From Leptogorgia sarmentosa (Eukaryota), in assembly GCA_964658305.1 (NCBI GenBank), contig OZ210885.1:16182001-16246000 (forward strand): DNA of 64,000 bases, in the 5' to 3' direction. The number at the start of each line of letters is the position of its first letter. The stretch's first letter is position 1. The notes under the pieces were generated by a model. It saw only the letters and a program-made list of their open reading frames with translations, ran no database searches and was not told the DNA's origin. Shown piece after piece: positions 1-12,631 of the stretch. Made by a program: the position numbers and the translations under genes.

Positions 1-1156
1 CCTTTGGTTCACTGGTGGTCTCCATTGCTTCGCTGAGACTGGGAAAATCTGCTTGGTACTGGAGGCAGTTGTTGGCTTCATGGCCCTTTTCCCCACAGTT
101 ATAACACCGTCGGTCGGGGCAGTCCCCTTTGGTGTGACCAGGTTTGCCACATCCTCGGCATACCCGGCCGGCTTGGCACTCTTTGGCCTCGTGGCCCGGT
201 TGATGGCAGTTTCGGCAGGTGCTAACTTGCCCTCTATATGCTGTACGCACCCTGTACTTTCCCACCAAGATGTACGAGGGGATGTTACCGTTGAGTCGTT
301 TGTACTGGGCAATTTTGATGCCCGTTTTGATTTGCAACGGTCCGTCGACGTCATCTGTGATCGATACAAGTTCTCCATGTAGGGCCATTTTCAGTCTCAG
401 TGTTTCGACCGGTGCATCTAGAGGATACCCGAAAAGTCTAACCCATGTATAGTTTACACGATTGATATTTGTGCTGGTCAGGATGAACTCTTTCCCGTGT
501 AACTGGAGTTTGGTATTGGTCGCTTCTCTTTGTCTCGTTGTGTGTGGAACACCATGTACCATAGCGCCTTGCTAAAACATTTGATGCCTTCTATTTTCTT
601 CATGCCCGTGCCAGAGTCCCGTAGACTATTATAAATCTCTGTTCAAAGGACAGCTGGTCCATCCACGGTAGCCTCAGCTGGGATTCCTTCCAGAGAAAGC
701 AGCAGAGAGCGCAGTCTCTGGATATTGGATCGTGCGCGTGCGCACCACTTGTTAAATAATGTGTCCCACAATAATACGATGCACAAAATGGCGTCCTCGC
801 TCGCTTAACGAAAATACAATTTAAAACACTGCACAGCTTGCCCGTTGATGATCCTTTCTGTTGCAAAAGGATATCATTCGAGAGCTACGCTCACGCCGGT
901 TCTGCTGATCTAATATTCTTCCTGAGACTCCCTTTCAAACGCGAGAAATTCGCCGCAGACGAGGCGACATGTAAACGATACTTCGTATCCCGTTTCGTTC
1001 GGAAATCGTTACAAACACTGGCTATTGGTGCTGGAAAGTTAGCTCATTGGACGCAGAACTTCCTTACGATGATTTTGATGTGTAAATGTCGAACCAGTAT
1101 TCAGGCCAAAAATCCAGATTTCGATGGAGCGCTACATAAGTGTGCCACGAGCGTGC
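1..1156 (-). mobile_element. 5' part of a Tx1/L1-type non-LTR retrotransposon (degenerate gag-like ORF1 with three CCHC knuckles), inserted after U2 nt 50; runs off the window edge
   Basis: Manual minus-strand translation of ~720-60 gives ...YTWVRLFGYPLDAPVETL...IPSYILVGKYRVRTAYRGQVSTCRNCHQPGHEAKECQAGRVCRGCGKPGHTKGDCPDRRCYNCG..., a Tx1/ZCCHC3-like ORF1 with a stop and frameshifts. The element starts GCACGC directly after U2 ATCTGTTCTTATC. Confidence 0.8.
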
Positions 1157-1169
1157 GATAAGAACAGAT
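1157..1169 (-). ncRNA. U2: U2 snRNA gene A, fragment 3 (nt 38-50)
   Basis: Reverse complement ATCTGTTCTTATC matches U2 nt 38-50 exactly. It is collinear with the fragments at 6512-6528 and 13639-13662 and follows the AATAAA-containing 3' end of the Utopia-like element. Confidence 0.8.
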
Positions 1170-2199
1170 CTTACAAATTTATTCAAAAAATAAATTTTTA
1201 CATTGGAATAATGAGATAGTGTCTAGATTGAGTTACTATTTACATAGAGGTTATATATACAAAAAGAAGAAATTAAGGAAAACCTTAAAAACTTAAGGAA
1301 ATTTAGACAACAAGGTGGAAGCCTAATAATGTTTGTGCCTGGTAGGTTTAAGACTATAAATCATTGAAATAAAATATATGGAATGCTACCTGTGCAGGAA
1401 CATGCCTGAAGCCATAATTAAATTCGTGGGTTACTCGCGCGCTAACACGTTTTTTGCGTGGTCCAAAGAGGCAGCTGCAATGTGTTGTTTTAGCTTTTCG
1501 AAGTTAAGGGGTTGAATTTTCATTCAAAAAAAGTACAAATCACATCTTTTCATTTCTTTTCATACGTCTATCCGATTGGTAAATCAGGGAAATAAAAGCA
1601 GACATTTTTGTTTAACTCAAATATGTACACAAACAATATGGATCAGAGATTTTCAAGACTGACATAACCAAATGAAGTTGTAAAATTGAATCACATCGTG
1701 GTCTTTTTTCTGGAAGCAAAATTTCGTGCTAAGATATAATCAAGTGAAGGTTTGCAGCACAAACGACTGTACTTGTCAGCTTGCAAAGGCTTTTTATTGA
1801 TCTTTTGAACATGATTCTCCCGGTTATTATTGTGTATGAATATAGGTCAAAAGTACATACAAAAATAAACTGAGTATGATTTTTATTTTTCGCACACAGC
1901 CCTGAAAAACAACGTTTTATCGTTATTGAGTGTTTTCCAGCTTCATCTAGCTTTCAAAAACAAGAAATTATTACCTTAGTGTAAATTCCGAAAGAAACTA
2001 GGCATACTATTCGTGAATTTCGTTAAAATCTTATAATAATATATACAATATCTTGAAGGTTTATAGCTAGGTAAGTACTGAGAGTGTACTACTATACTGA
2101 ACTATGGTAAAAGTCAAAACGACAAAGATAAAAAGTTTTTAATTACTATGGTACTGTTTGAGCACATGCACCTAGTGTGCATGGAATTATTTGCTGATG

Positions 2200-3378
2200 T
2201 GCTTATAGTAATTGTCAGCTGAGTGCTTAATAACGTCACTGCAGCAAAGTTTTCTAAATAGTTTACGATATGATAGAAACATGCGGAGATTGTTTAAAAC
2301 AGCTTCGTTATTGGGATCCAACCACCAAGAGCACCGACGACAAAGCCAAAGACACGACAAACTTTACCATGTTGATGGAAATGATGGATGAGATGCCTGT
2401 ACTTTTCCACCTTGCGATTTTCGGCATTGGTGAGAGCATCATGGCTATTTTCAAAGGGGCAAACGACATCGATTGACGGTGACTTCATTGTTTTCTTCAA
2501 ATTGAAGCGGACCGATTGTTTTAGCTCCGATTTGGCGATGGTTGAAACTAGTGGATCGGTGGAAGAAAGCATTTTAATTGCCTGAACGCCGGTTTGTACA
2601 TCTACTTCGATCAAGGGATCTTGAAGGTCAAGACCGCCGACTTTGGTGCTAGCGAAGATGATGGATTGCGTAGCTCTTGATGGAAGGTTACAAACATTGT
2701 GAACGACTTCGATTAGTTTCTTACGGTATTTGATTAAAGAGTTTTTTTCCGGTTCACCAGCACAGAGGGCAAACGTTAAAGATGGTTGAATGAAAGTTCG
2801 AATGCTGTCTAACTTCTGCCAGGGCGTCAATAAGGATTCGTTTATTTGTTCCAAGTCAGCGCAAAGGTCATCAACTAGGTGGTCCAGAGAGTCGACATCT
2901 TTCATCATCATGCCAATAGGGACTCCGAGGTAGCGGTAGTGTTCATGTTGTTTTAGTGTTGACATTGGATTGCCTTGGATTTTGAATTGAGATAGTTGGA
3001 TGTTATTTTGAACACGTTTGGAGTATGTGGCACACAGGGAGGCACACTTGTCAGGTCTGAATTCAAGTCCAATCAAGGTAGCCATATCACCAGCAGCATC
3101 GAGAAGTTGTTGGAGACATTTCTCATTTCTGGCAATCAGTACAAGGTCGTCTGCGTATACTAATACGGATATGGGGAGACCATGATGTTTAGCTGGATTG
3201 GAGGTGTTGGACTTAGCCAGGACAGCTCTGAGGATGATTTCAACGCTGAGGTTGAACAGAATGGGAGATAAGGGACATCCTTGTTTAACACCAGATAGAA
3301 TTGGGATGTTAGGAGTATCACCGGCAGGGGTACGAATAATAGTGGTGGCTCCAGTATATACATTTGATATTAAGTCTT
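2200..3378 (-). pseudogene. RT plus restriction-like endonuclease remnant of a Utopia-like element
   Basis: ORF 2294-3085 and the upstream frame carry RT motifs clearly homologous to 20957-22396. A deletion joins the post-RT region directly to the RLE 'IDVVCPFEN' segment. Confidence 0.85.
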
Positions 3379-3799
3379 ATTAGGTTAACTTGCGGATTTA
3401 TACCAAGTTTGGATGAATAGTTTAGGAAAAATTAAGCCAAGACGCGATGTGTCCAAATGTAAACAAATATTCGTATATTCACGCTATAAATCCGTATATA
3501 TGAAATAACGTTGATAAAATACGAACCACAGTACAAAACAGGATAATAATACACCAAAATACTCCAAATAACGATGTAGATATGATTGCGTCGACGAATT
3601 TGGGAAATTGGATAAGGATAGCGATAAAAATCCGAATAATATATAACCACGAACGTAATTAATATTCAAATAAATTCAAATGAAAAACCATGGTCAAAAG
3701 GTCAAAATCCAGATAACTTGGGAACTAAGTAACTTGAATGTACGAAACTTTGACACGAGGATACAGGTCAGAATCACAGATCACACACGAATTTTCACC

Positions 3800-4320
3800 A
3801 GCATAATATGTTCTTGTAGGTCCAGTGAGTGACGATCCTGGTTCGTGATATCGCAGCTTTCGTCCTGATGTGTGTTCTAATTCGCTGTACCGTTCGCCGA
3901 TAGATGTCACCTTCGTTAGTTAGAGTCCACGACGGCTGTGTTCCTGGTCGACCATAATACGTACGCGGTGTTGGCAATGACATAGTGTGTCAGGTATTTC
4001 TGTGGGTCCAGGTTTGGTATGTTCTGCTTGAAAACAATAGTTGCCAGGTTCACTAGAACCTGTTGTCCAGACAGTCGGTCAATTAACGGTTGCATTTTGT
4101 GCCATAGGCCCTGCGCTCGTGGACAGAGGATCAAGGTGTGGTCCCAGGTTTCTCGCTCGTCACAGTAAGGACACTTCGGAGAAATCGCCATGCCCCATCC
4201 TGCCAGGTAAGGTTTCGTAGGTAGAACTCGGTGTGCCAGCTGCCACAGAAACTCAGTTTCGACATTCGTTGTAAGGGACGTCCACATGTTCTCCCACGCG
4301 TCGAACAGACCAGGTACCGG
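3800..4320 (-). pseudogene. Fragment of a Tx1/L1-type ORF2 C-terminus (zf-RVT region)
   Basis: FLWQLAHRVLPT...CPYCDERETWDHTLILCP...YVLWSTRN, then frameshifted ...HWTYKNILC. Same domain type as the end of ORF 14893-16173. Confidence 0.8.
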
Positions 4321-5604
4321 GTATACAATTCGGAGTTGTTGTTTGTCAGTGGAGCAGGGTTGGATGGAATATCAGAGGGCAAGGGGTGGTCATTGATGGG
4401 GGTGGAGTCACTATTATGGTAGGTGGTATTGTTGTAATTGGTTGTGGTGTCATCGGTAGACAATGGAGAAACGGAAGGAGGTTTTGACTTTCCAACGTTT
4501 ACATCATCATCGTCATAGTCCAGATCTAAATCAACCATTTCAACTTGGTGTATATTGTGGCTAGTCGGTGGAAAGGACACAGCTGATGGATTCAAAGTTG
4601 AATGTATGGGTAGTGACATTTTAGGTGAGGTTGGATAAGGTGGGCTTGGGGGAAGTGGGGTAGTTGATGGGACTATTGGTACTGGGGGATTAGCTATGGT
4701 ATGGGAGTGGTTTGGTGTAAGGTCGGCATCCTTGGAACAGTTACTGTTGTCGGTGGTATCGAGCAAAGAAAGGGTCATAGGAATAGGTATGATAGTGCTA
4801 TCCACATTAGTGCAATCATTTAAGACGACCGAGGTTTCAAGCGTGTTATAGTATGACTTTGAGCTGTCCGTGGTACAATCAACGAGGGCAATGGATGGTT
4901 GCATGAGATTTCTGTGCAGGCATCTGGGAATGAACTGGTGTTTGACATTGGGGTGTGAGGGTGGATTGGTAACGTTTGGGACTTCGGGGGTATGAGGGTT
5001 GGGTTGATGGTATTTGGTGGGGGGTGGGGAACTGTTTGGCGTAGTTGGGGAATTAATGGAATTGGTGGGACATGTGGGAGTTGAGGTAAAAACCTGACAG
5101 GATAAACGTGGAGTTTGGGGTTTGGTAAGGATTGTTGTTTTACAGTTCTGTTTAGGTGGGAAGGGGTATGGGTTGTTGTCATCTTCTTGGGGATTAATGA
5201 ACGATGTGACAGGGGTAGGAGAGAGGGTATATGAAGTATCTTTAACCAATTTTGTGTGTTCGTTGTAGATGGATGCCAGCGCCGCTACAATTTGAAAAGG
5301 ATCGGTTGCATATTGAACATTTCGCTGAGATATTGAGTGTTATTTCTTTGTGTAAGTTTTGGAAATGACGTTTGAAATAAGCGAAGGACGCGATTACGGA
5401 ATTACATAGACAACAACTATATGATTTGCCATCAGGAAAAAGTCTAACGACGTTAACAGACTTTACGTTATCAGGTACGGTAACACGATGCATTTTTGCT
5501 TTATGGATACCAAGATGACCTTGTGACGATGCAATAAAACTACAGTTCAGACACTGGAGGAATGAAGATTGAGACATAATGGACATAGACCAACGAACGT
5601 ACAA
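4320..5604 (-). pseudogene. N-terminal C2H2 zinc fingers and Pro-rich linker of a Utopia-like ORF (frameshifted near 5245)
   Basis: CLNC...H...H, CCLC...HFQNLH and CSIC...HLQRTH are three C2H2 fingers, typical of the N-terminus of RLE-type elements. A low-complexity P/T/N-rich segment follows. Confidence 0.7.
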
Positions 5605-6511
5605 TAATTAAAATCCAAATAGTTTGAAGTAATTAGTATAGGACGGGAATTCCCCTAAAAATACTGATTGGCCATGTAGGAATGAATATTGATGAGCCAC
5701 AGGAATATAACGCCGACAGTTATGGAATTATAAATGTTGGAGTAAATCCGATCGTATTAACGGTGTGATAACCAAACTTCGTCAGGAAAATAAAGTGTAT
5801 ATAAACGATAATGTAGCAGAGTTCCAGTGACGAATGACAAATAGTTCACGAGATATTGGACCAACACGGAATGACTTTAGACATAAACAAATGATTATAG
5901 TTTCACGCTATAAATCCATATAATATTGGAAAACAGGAAAATCGCACGAACCACGGATCGAGAGAAGACAATAAATATATCAAAATGATCCAAATGACGA
6001 TACGAATACAGTTCCGTCAACGAAATTGGAGAAATATATGTGAATGGCGAGAAAAATCCGGGTAAACGCAATAAAGCATAACGTTTCCAACATAATTAAT
6101 ATTCAAATAAATTCAAAAATAAAACCAACGGTGAAAAGGTCAAAATCCAGATATCTTGAAAAAAAAGTATCTTGAGTATATAGAACTATGACACGGAGAT
6201 ACAGGACGGAATCGCAGTTCACATACGAGTTTTCACCTAGAAAGGACAATCCGCAATGAAGATACGAGACAAAATCCAAAACGAACACAATTATAGCGTA
6301 CGGCACGATAAGTGGACCAGTACAAGATGATAAAAACTCCAATATAGACACGCGACGATGACCAATTGGTATGACAGGTGGATAGGAATGTTCCAGACGA
6401 TCTTACGAATATTTTGATACCAAAAGTAGCATTCAGAAGCACAGATTAGATGTTGGAAATGGCCAGATTTAACAGAGCTTTCTCCAACGTAATCCGGCGT
6501 GCGTGCGTGCG

Positions 6512-6528
6512 TACTACACTTGATCTTA
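6512..6528 (-). ncRNA. U2: U2 snRNA gene A, fragment 2 (nt 22-38, includes branch-point recognition GTAGTA)
   Basis: Reverse complement TAAGATCAAGTGTAGTA matches U2 nt 22-38 exactly. Confidence 0.9.
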
Positions 6529-6681
6529 TTTTGATTTATTAAACGTTTTAGCTATATACAGAACGGAGTGCAATGTTCATAAACTAAAGTTCGGTGAAGA
6601 TCATACACATCGATAAGCGAGCGATTGATTGGCCACTGGCCCACACAACTAAAATATTAAAAGTCAAGCGCATTGTGCCCA

Positions 6682-7251
6682 TCAGCCCTCGAACTCGATC
6701 TTATTACCGGCGAGGATGGATTCTATAATTGTTTTCTTCGTGTCTTTGTCAAGTTTGTTTGAGCATTCCGGATGTGTGGAAGCGTAGAAGACGGAAAATG
6801 CGTATCGAGTGTCCTCAGGTAGGTTTTTTAGGTCGCGTACTGCATCTTCAGTTAAGTCGGGCAGGTCTGTATACTGTTTCTGGGCGTTGAGATAGGTTTG
6901 GATCATGTCGTATCTGCTGAACGGAATAGGAGAAGGCGTTGTGCCAGTTGGTAGAACCGGCTGCCAAACGTCGGAATAAGTCAAGTCGACCAACGAGCTC
7001 GACCACTGATCAGGGCTGATTTGTTTTAACAGGTTAGGAGGGAGCGGAGGCAAGGCTGGCGATGTTGGATGCCGAATCTGGAGCGTGTCGCGGTATGTTT
7101 GCCTGAGCGCTGGAGGGAGCCGGGAACATAAGGCGGTGATTTTGGCGAAGTCAGGATCAGTGGCTTTTGAACCAAGAACGTGGGCTCGTAAGTACTGACG
7201 TTCATACTGAGCATAGGTCGGGATCTCAGGCTTGTCCTTCTTCGAAGTGAC
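6682..7251 (-). pseudogene. C-terminal half of the ORF1-like protein of copy 1
   Basis: Open frame VTSKKDKPEIPTYAQYERQYLRAHVLGS...FSRYDMIQTYL...FYASTHPE aligns with 22768-23544 (KKDKPDVPTYDQYEREFLRANILGS...FYASTHPE). Confidence 0.85.
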
Positions 7252-7563
7252 GACATGTGTAAGCGATATTCGAGAATTCTTACTAATAGTCGAGAAATGT
7301 ATCCATTATTCGAGAACTTAGCTGCTGTATGCGATAGTCGAGAAAATGTAAACGATAGTTGAGATTTTCGTCTGCATTTTTGGTCAGCGGCAGTACATGG
7401 TCGGAAACCATCGGAATATACCGTTTGTTGTCATGTATGGAATATGATATTATGACATGTTTATATTTCCATGTGCTTATTTCCATGTGCTTCAGTGCTT
7501 GTCAGTGGTGCTTTCGGTCGCAATAAAATTGTCAAAAAACTGATTTAAATTAAATATTTATAT
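7252..7563 (+). repeat. Left terminal inverted repeat
   Basis: GACATGTGTAAGCGATATTCGAGAA...CTGATTTAAA is the reverse complement of 12256-12563, with few mismatches. Confidence 0.95.
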
Positions 7564-7592
7564 ATTATTTATGTCATGTGGAGTTGAGCATC

Positions 7593-9077
7593 ATGGCGGA
7601 TGATGTGAATGATGTGGAGGAGTTGCAGAATTTTCTTTGTGCTATTGATAGTTTGTTTAATCAGTGCCGGAGATCTCAATGCAATCGGGATTCGATAGGA
7701 TCGGAACATTGCAAAATCAAAATGGAAGACAACATTCTTATCGTAGTTGCTATAAAGGCAGCTGTAGATGAAAATGCAGCTGCAGATTCATCGTTAGGAG
7801 TTTTGCTCAATAATTTGATCGCTGCAATGGAGAGAGAACTCGAAAAACTAGCCGAGATTGTAGAGAATTGTCCTACCGAGGAAACAAGAAATGTTATTTC
7901 GCTTTTGCCCAGCACGGGAGGAAGACCTGCATATAATATCTCCAAGGTACAAATCGAACAGTTGAGGGAAACAGGATTAAAGTGGTGTAGTATTGCAGAA
8001 CTTTTGGGTGTGTCCGAGCGAACGCTACAAAGACGACGAATAGAATTTGGAATTGAACCAAATTTCTCAGAAATTTCAGATCATGAACTGGACAATCATA
8101 TCAGAGAAATTCTCCAATTGACACCATACAGTGGTGAGTCATACGTTAGAGGTGGCTTGAAGGGAAGACAAGTAAATGTCCAAAGACGCAGAGTTAGAGC
8201 CAGTATTCAAAGAGTCGATCCAATTGGTAGGAGCATACGAAAGAGGTATGCAATTTGTCACCGTGTCTACAATGTTCGTGGACCAAACCATTTGTGGCAT
8301 ATTGACTCGAATCATAAATTGATATCATGGAGATTTGTGATTCACGGTTGCATCGATGGCTTTAGTAGAGCAGTTATTTACCTAAAGGGTTGCACAAACA
8401 ATAGAGCTGACACTGTTCTCGGTTTGTTTGAAAATGGTGTGAGGGAGTTTGGTTTACCTTCTAGAGTGCGAGGTGACCATGGTGTTGAGAATGTTGATGT
8501 CGCAAGGTACATGGTCTACAATAGAGGCACAGATAGAGGCAGTTTTATTGCTGGTAGAAGTGTCCACAATCAGCGTATTGAGCGGTTGTGGGCAGAGGTG
8601 AACAGAGTTATGACAGCACTATATAAGGATTTGTTCCAGTTTCTAGAAAGAACTGAACAGCTTGATTCCTTTAACGAGGTACATCTATTCGCCCTTCAGT
8701 ATGTTTTCTTGCCTCGCATTAATGTATCTTTAGCTGAATTCCAGAGGCACTGGAATCATCATGGAATGAGAACAACAAATCACCAGTCACCATTAGCATT
8801 ATGGCACACTAACATGATAATGGCGGCTCCTGACGATTCAAGTGTTATTAACTGGGAATCCTATGGAACTGACTACAGCACTTCAGCACAACCAATTCAA
8901 ACAAACAACAATATTGTGATCCCAAATTCAGATATTGAACTCACTGAAGCACAGCTTCATTACCTGCAACAAATGGTAGACCCTTCACAAAATGATGGAA
9001 ATAATGGTATACAGCACTTTTTGAATACAGTGGACATTGTTGCTGGTTTCATGGGTGATGAAACAGTAGACATTTGA
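7593..9077 (+). CDS. DDE integrase/transposase (rve-like core, N-terminal HTH)
   Basis: Intact single-exon [32 protein letters not shown]. Catalytic motifs: [40 protein letters not shown]. Confidence 0.9.
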   Translation: MADDVNDVEELQNFLCAIDSLFNQCRRSQCNRDSIGSEHCKIKMEDNILIVVAIKAAVDENAAADSSLGVLLNNLIAAMERELEKLAEIVENCPTEETRNVISLLPSTGGRPAYNISKVQIEQLRETGLKWCSIAELLGVSERTLQRRRIEFGIEPNFSEISDHELDNHIREILQLTPYSGESYVRGGLKGRQVNVQRRRVRASIQRVDPIGRSIRKRYAICHRVYNVRGPNHLWHIDSNHKLISWRFVIHGCIDGFSRAVIYLKGCTNNRADTVLGLFENGVREFGLPSRVRGDHGVENVDVARYMVYNRGTDRGSFIAGRSVHNQRIERLWAEVNRVMTALYKDLFQFLERTEQLDSFNEVHLFALQYVFLPRINVSLAEFQRHWNHHGMRTTNHQSPLALWHTNMIMAAPDDSSVINWESYGTDYSTSAQPIQTNNNIVIPNSDIELTEAQLHYLQQMVDPSQNDGNNGIQHFLNTVDIVAGFMGDETVDI

Positions 9078-9489
9078 CTGACTTGTATTATTAAAAAGTA
9101 TAGCTGGCCAAAGATCTGGGTAATAGATTTGGTAGTCAATGTTCATACCCAAAATAACAGGGAAAAAACGCATTAAATGTAAATTGTAAACTATTTTGTC
9201 AAAACAATGTAATAACACAACAAAAAATCTATATAGTTATCCGCTAAACAATGTGAAACTGTGGTAATGTTTGTCTTGGTTCTTGGCAGTATTAACATTT
9301 ATATGTACTGTTGCATTAAAAATTGTTACATTACACAAAAATGCCAATAAATGTTTAGCCATCATGATGGTAAAATCTCATAAAAATCCTTGATAAAATC
9401 CCTGTAAAAAACAAGGGGTGTATAATCCACTGATCTGTGCAACTTAAACCATACCAAATCTGAACAAGTTATCAACTAGTAAGTACATT

Positions 9490-12248
9490 TCAAACAATGT
9501 CAAATGACCATGACTGATACCCCCTAATAATATTTAGGAATTCTTCCGAAAGAGCCAAATACGATTCGTACGTTGAAGGTAGCTCTATCAAAGGTGCACA
9601 TGTGCGGGCTATGGGCCGCCTTTCTAAACCAGTCATGGTATTGAAAGTAATGGAGATTGATTCACATGTGATGATGTCACTTCCTGTGCAAAAATGCAAG
9701 AACTTTCCCAATGTATGGCCTTCCAGGGATTTGACAAATCGCTTCAGATGGGCAAGACTTTCTCTTTCAGCATCATTGGAAGGTTCTGCTTGAAATAGCT
9801 TGATAATTTTTTTCGAAGAAGCAACTTTGCTTTTGTAGAACTCTTTGAGACCATCAAAGGTCCGGAATTCTGGATGACCTTGTAACAAATGCAATATAGG
9901 CGCCCAACAGTTGACAATGTATCTCGGTTTCTGTATCAGCTCTTGGTGCGCTAACTCATGGACAATTTCTTGTATGTTTTCTTGTGATGGTAGTTTGAAA
10001 CACTTCAAAGAAGACAGAAACTCGATGACATCTGTAGCATCTTTATCAAAGGTATCACCAAGACACTGATCTAGAACATCTTGATCTTCACATGGGGTGT
10101 ACTCTTTAAACGATGAAAGTAGAAATTCCAACGTGATGCATTCTTCCCCAAACAAGCATGATGCAATAAAAAGACAAGAAAGTTGGAGTGGGAAATAGCC
10201 ATACTTTTGGTACCCATAGACAAGGATCCGTGCAATAGCTTGCTACTCACGTTTCTGCATATCATGCCTAATGAATGGTGTTTTCTCCTTTCTTCCTACG
10301 GTTAATGATATGTAACAATTGTTCTAAAAATGGGTCAAAATATCTAATACAACACCTCTCCCCTTGCCTTTCTCCGGTTCACCACGTGCATCAATCACAA
10401 CCACATCAAGGTAACAGTTTAAAATACTTGGATCAGTAAATATTTCAGTTAGATCTTTACGAATGGTGGATCGATGGACAGTGACTGTTTTGGGAAGCAT
10501 TGGAGTGTACATTGATATTAATTCCAGATCATCTACAAAATCAAACAAAGTAAATAAATTAGTTCATTTGGTAGAACTGAATTAGAATGTAATATTTTTA
10601 GTAATTCACCAAACTTCTAAATGACAAGTAAATCATCGTCAATTGCCCATACAAATTAATAAGTTGTTTGTAGACATCAACAGATCCCAGGCCATTTTCC
10701 ACTTATTGCAGAAATGACATTGCAAGCAAGTGTTTTTATCCAATCATATTGCTCAAAATTTGTTTTAATTAGATGTGAACACTCACAGCAGACTAGCCAT
10801 TTGGTTTTGGATGAGTGAGCATATTTAAGGATATTCAAAACTTCAAGGATACTGAAATCATACCTTCATCCATGTCAGACAAAACCTGAGCCGTTTCCTG
10901 ATGTGGGCTATCAATCTGAGCAGGTTGGGTGTTACCATTGGCACTAGGGTCGTTGGAGTAGAAATTTGCTGAAAGGGGTTGAATGGTGGCTTCCACTGGC
11001 ATAGGATTGTTGATATTTGTCACAAGGGGTTGTGTATCAACATTAGCTGGAGGGTGGTCGGAGTTGACATCTGTTGAACAGGGGTTGGTGGTTGAATTCA
11101 TTGGATTAAGTCGGATGTTGACGTTAGCATGTGAGTGTTGGGAGTTGGTAGGGGTCTGGACGGTAACACTGGAAGCAGTGTTAACATTGCTTTGGTCAGT
11201 TTGGTGATCCAGGAAACACTCCTCTATTTCTTCTTCTTCTTGTACCAGGTTGGAGGGGGGATTTGATAACTCATTGGTTTGCTAAGGATAATAAATGTAT
11301 ATACACAATACCTCAATTAAAAATTCACCACAAATATTAAAACAGGATAAATGCTCAATATCTTACTTGGGCAAAATTAAATGATAGTTTTAGAAATAAT
11401 TGTAATATATTTTCTAGGGAAAATTGCATGAATGCAAGGTTGTCAATGGCAATATTCTGGCAGTATTCAGGAAGTAAATGTTTTTTTCTCAGAATATTAG
11501 TGATACTATAATAATCACAGTGCTTCTCTCTACAACATTTATTTATATAAAATACCTGTGACACAATTTCATATGATGCAAGTTCAAAGAGTTGTTGATT
11601 TGGGCGAATATAAACGGGCTTGTTTCTATAAAGTCGTTGTAGCAAGGCACCATCTATACCATGTTGGCCAGGTGCCAATGTTGGGACCACCAAACTTGAA
11701 TGAACAGAAATTAGTAACTCAATATCCACACCGGGTGGAATTTTACCGTCAAAAGCCTCGATTATCGTTCTTTCGACTTCTATCATCGACTGACCTCTTG
11801 TAAATGTGCACCCTGAAATAACGTGCCCCCTTTCATTTAGAGCAAGACGTGTTCCTTGCCGGGGTACGACTTGAGTGTCAGGACCGTTCAGTAAAACCAA
11901 ATCTTGCATAAAAGGCTTGTTATCGCTAGCGTTTGCCTTTTGTTTTCCCTCCTTGCGAGCCGAGCGCAAACGTCGTTGGCCTGAAAAATTTTGTCTAACT
12001 GAATAAGGTCTATATCTATTATTTGTCGGTTCATTTGACGATCTTGAGGTGAAGGGTGTTGAAGTAGATGGTCCACCTGAGTTTGTGCTTCTGTCTCTAC
12101 TTGTAAAAGTACGTCTCACTTCTGACTCGATGTTGTCTTGGTTCGGTCGCCCTGATATCGCATCAGACAGTTCGCCTATCCTTGAAAACAGCTGCCTTAT
12201 GACATCATTTGATTCGAGATTTTGCTGTTCATGATTCCTGTCTACCAT
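9490..12248 (-). pseudogene. Spliced HECT-domain E3 ubiquitin ligase (G2E3-like) passenger gene with two nonsense codons
   Basis: Predicted exons ~12248-11556, ~11281-10864 and ~10532-9490 with GT/AG boundaries. HECT-like motifs: EPEKGKGRGVV, ARILVYGY..YGYFP, FLHFCTGSD, RRPIARTC..LIELP..Y. In-frame TAG codons at ~10324 and ~10245 sit where Trp is expected. Confidence 0.8.
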
Positions 12249-12255
12249 ATTTCCA

Positions 12256-12563
12256 TATATAAATATTTAAATCAGTTTTTTGACAATTTTATTGCGACCG
12301 AAAGCACCACTGACAAGCACTGAAGCACATGGAAATAAGCACATGGAAATATAAACATGTCATAATATCATATTCCACACACGACAACAAACGGTATATT
12401 CCGATGGTTTCCGACCATGTACTGCTGCTGACCAAAAATACAGACGAAAATCTCAACTATCGTTTACATTTTCTCGACTATCGCATACAGCAGCTAAGTT
12501 CTCGAATAATGGATACATTTCTCGACTATTAGTAACAATTCTCGAATATCGCTTACACATGTC
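12256..12563 (-). repeat. Right terminal inverted repeat
   Basis: Reverse complement of 7252-7563. Confidence 0.95.
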
Positions 12564-12631
12564 TCAGCTATAGTATATATTTCTCATACATTGTATGCAG
12601 TTCTCGACTATTGCTTACAGTTCTCAATATA

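Larger units (their letters stand above)
1170..6511 (-). mobile_element. Rearranged Utopia-like (RLE-type) non-LTR retrotransposon block at U2 nt 38
   Basis: Bounded by U2 nt 22-38 and nt 38-50. Contains three C2H2 fingers (5242-5604), a Pro-rich linker (4320-5249), RT remnants (GVKQGCPLSPILFN ~3250-3300; YADDLVL ~3140-3160; YRYLGVP, LTPWQKLDSIRTF) and RLE remnants (IDVVCPFEN...KVEKY...GFVVGALGGW), with internal deletions. Confidence 0.8.
7252..12631. mobile_element. Long-TIR DDE DNA transposon (IS3EU-like) with an integrase gene and a convergent HECT gene
   Basis: ~310-bp near-identical inverted repeats (7252-~7563 and ~12256-12563). The right side continues with TCTCGACTA-type subrepeats to ~12631, where the host ORF resumes. 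The outer left end appears deleted and no TSD is visible. Confidence 0.85.

Noticed and set aside
1470..1485. ATTGCAG in the Utopia-like 3' region as another U1A/U2B'' site
   Set aside because: It is about 300 nt from the end, has no clear stem, and has no counterpart in the second Utopia-like 3' UTR.
7283..12532. Twin 67-aa ORFs (MEISTWKYKH...) at 7283-7486 and 12329-12532
   Set aside because: They lie within the TIRs and point outward. Their identity reflects the inverted repeat.
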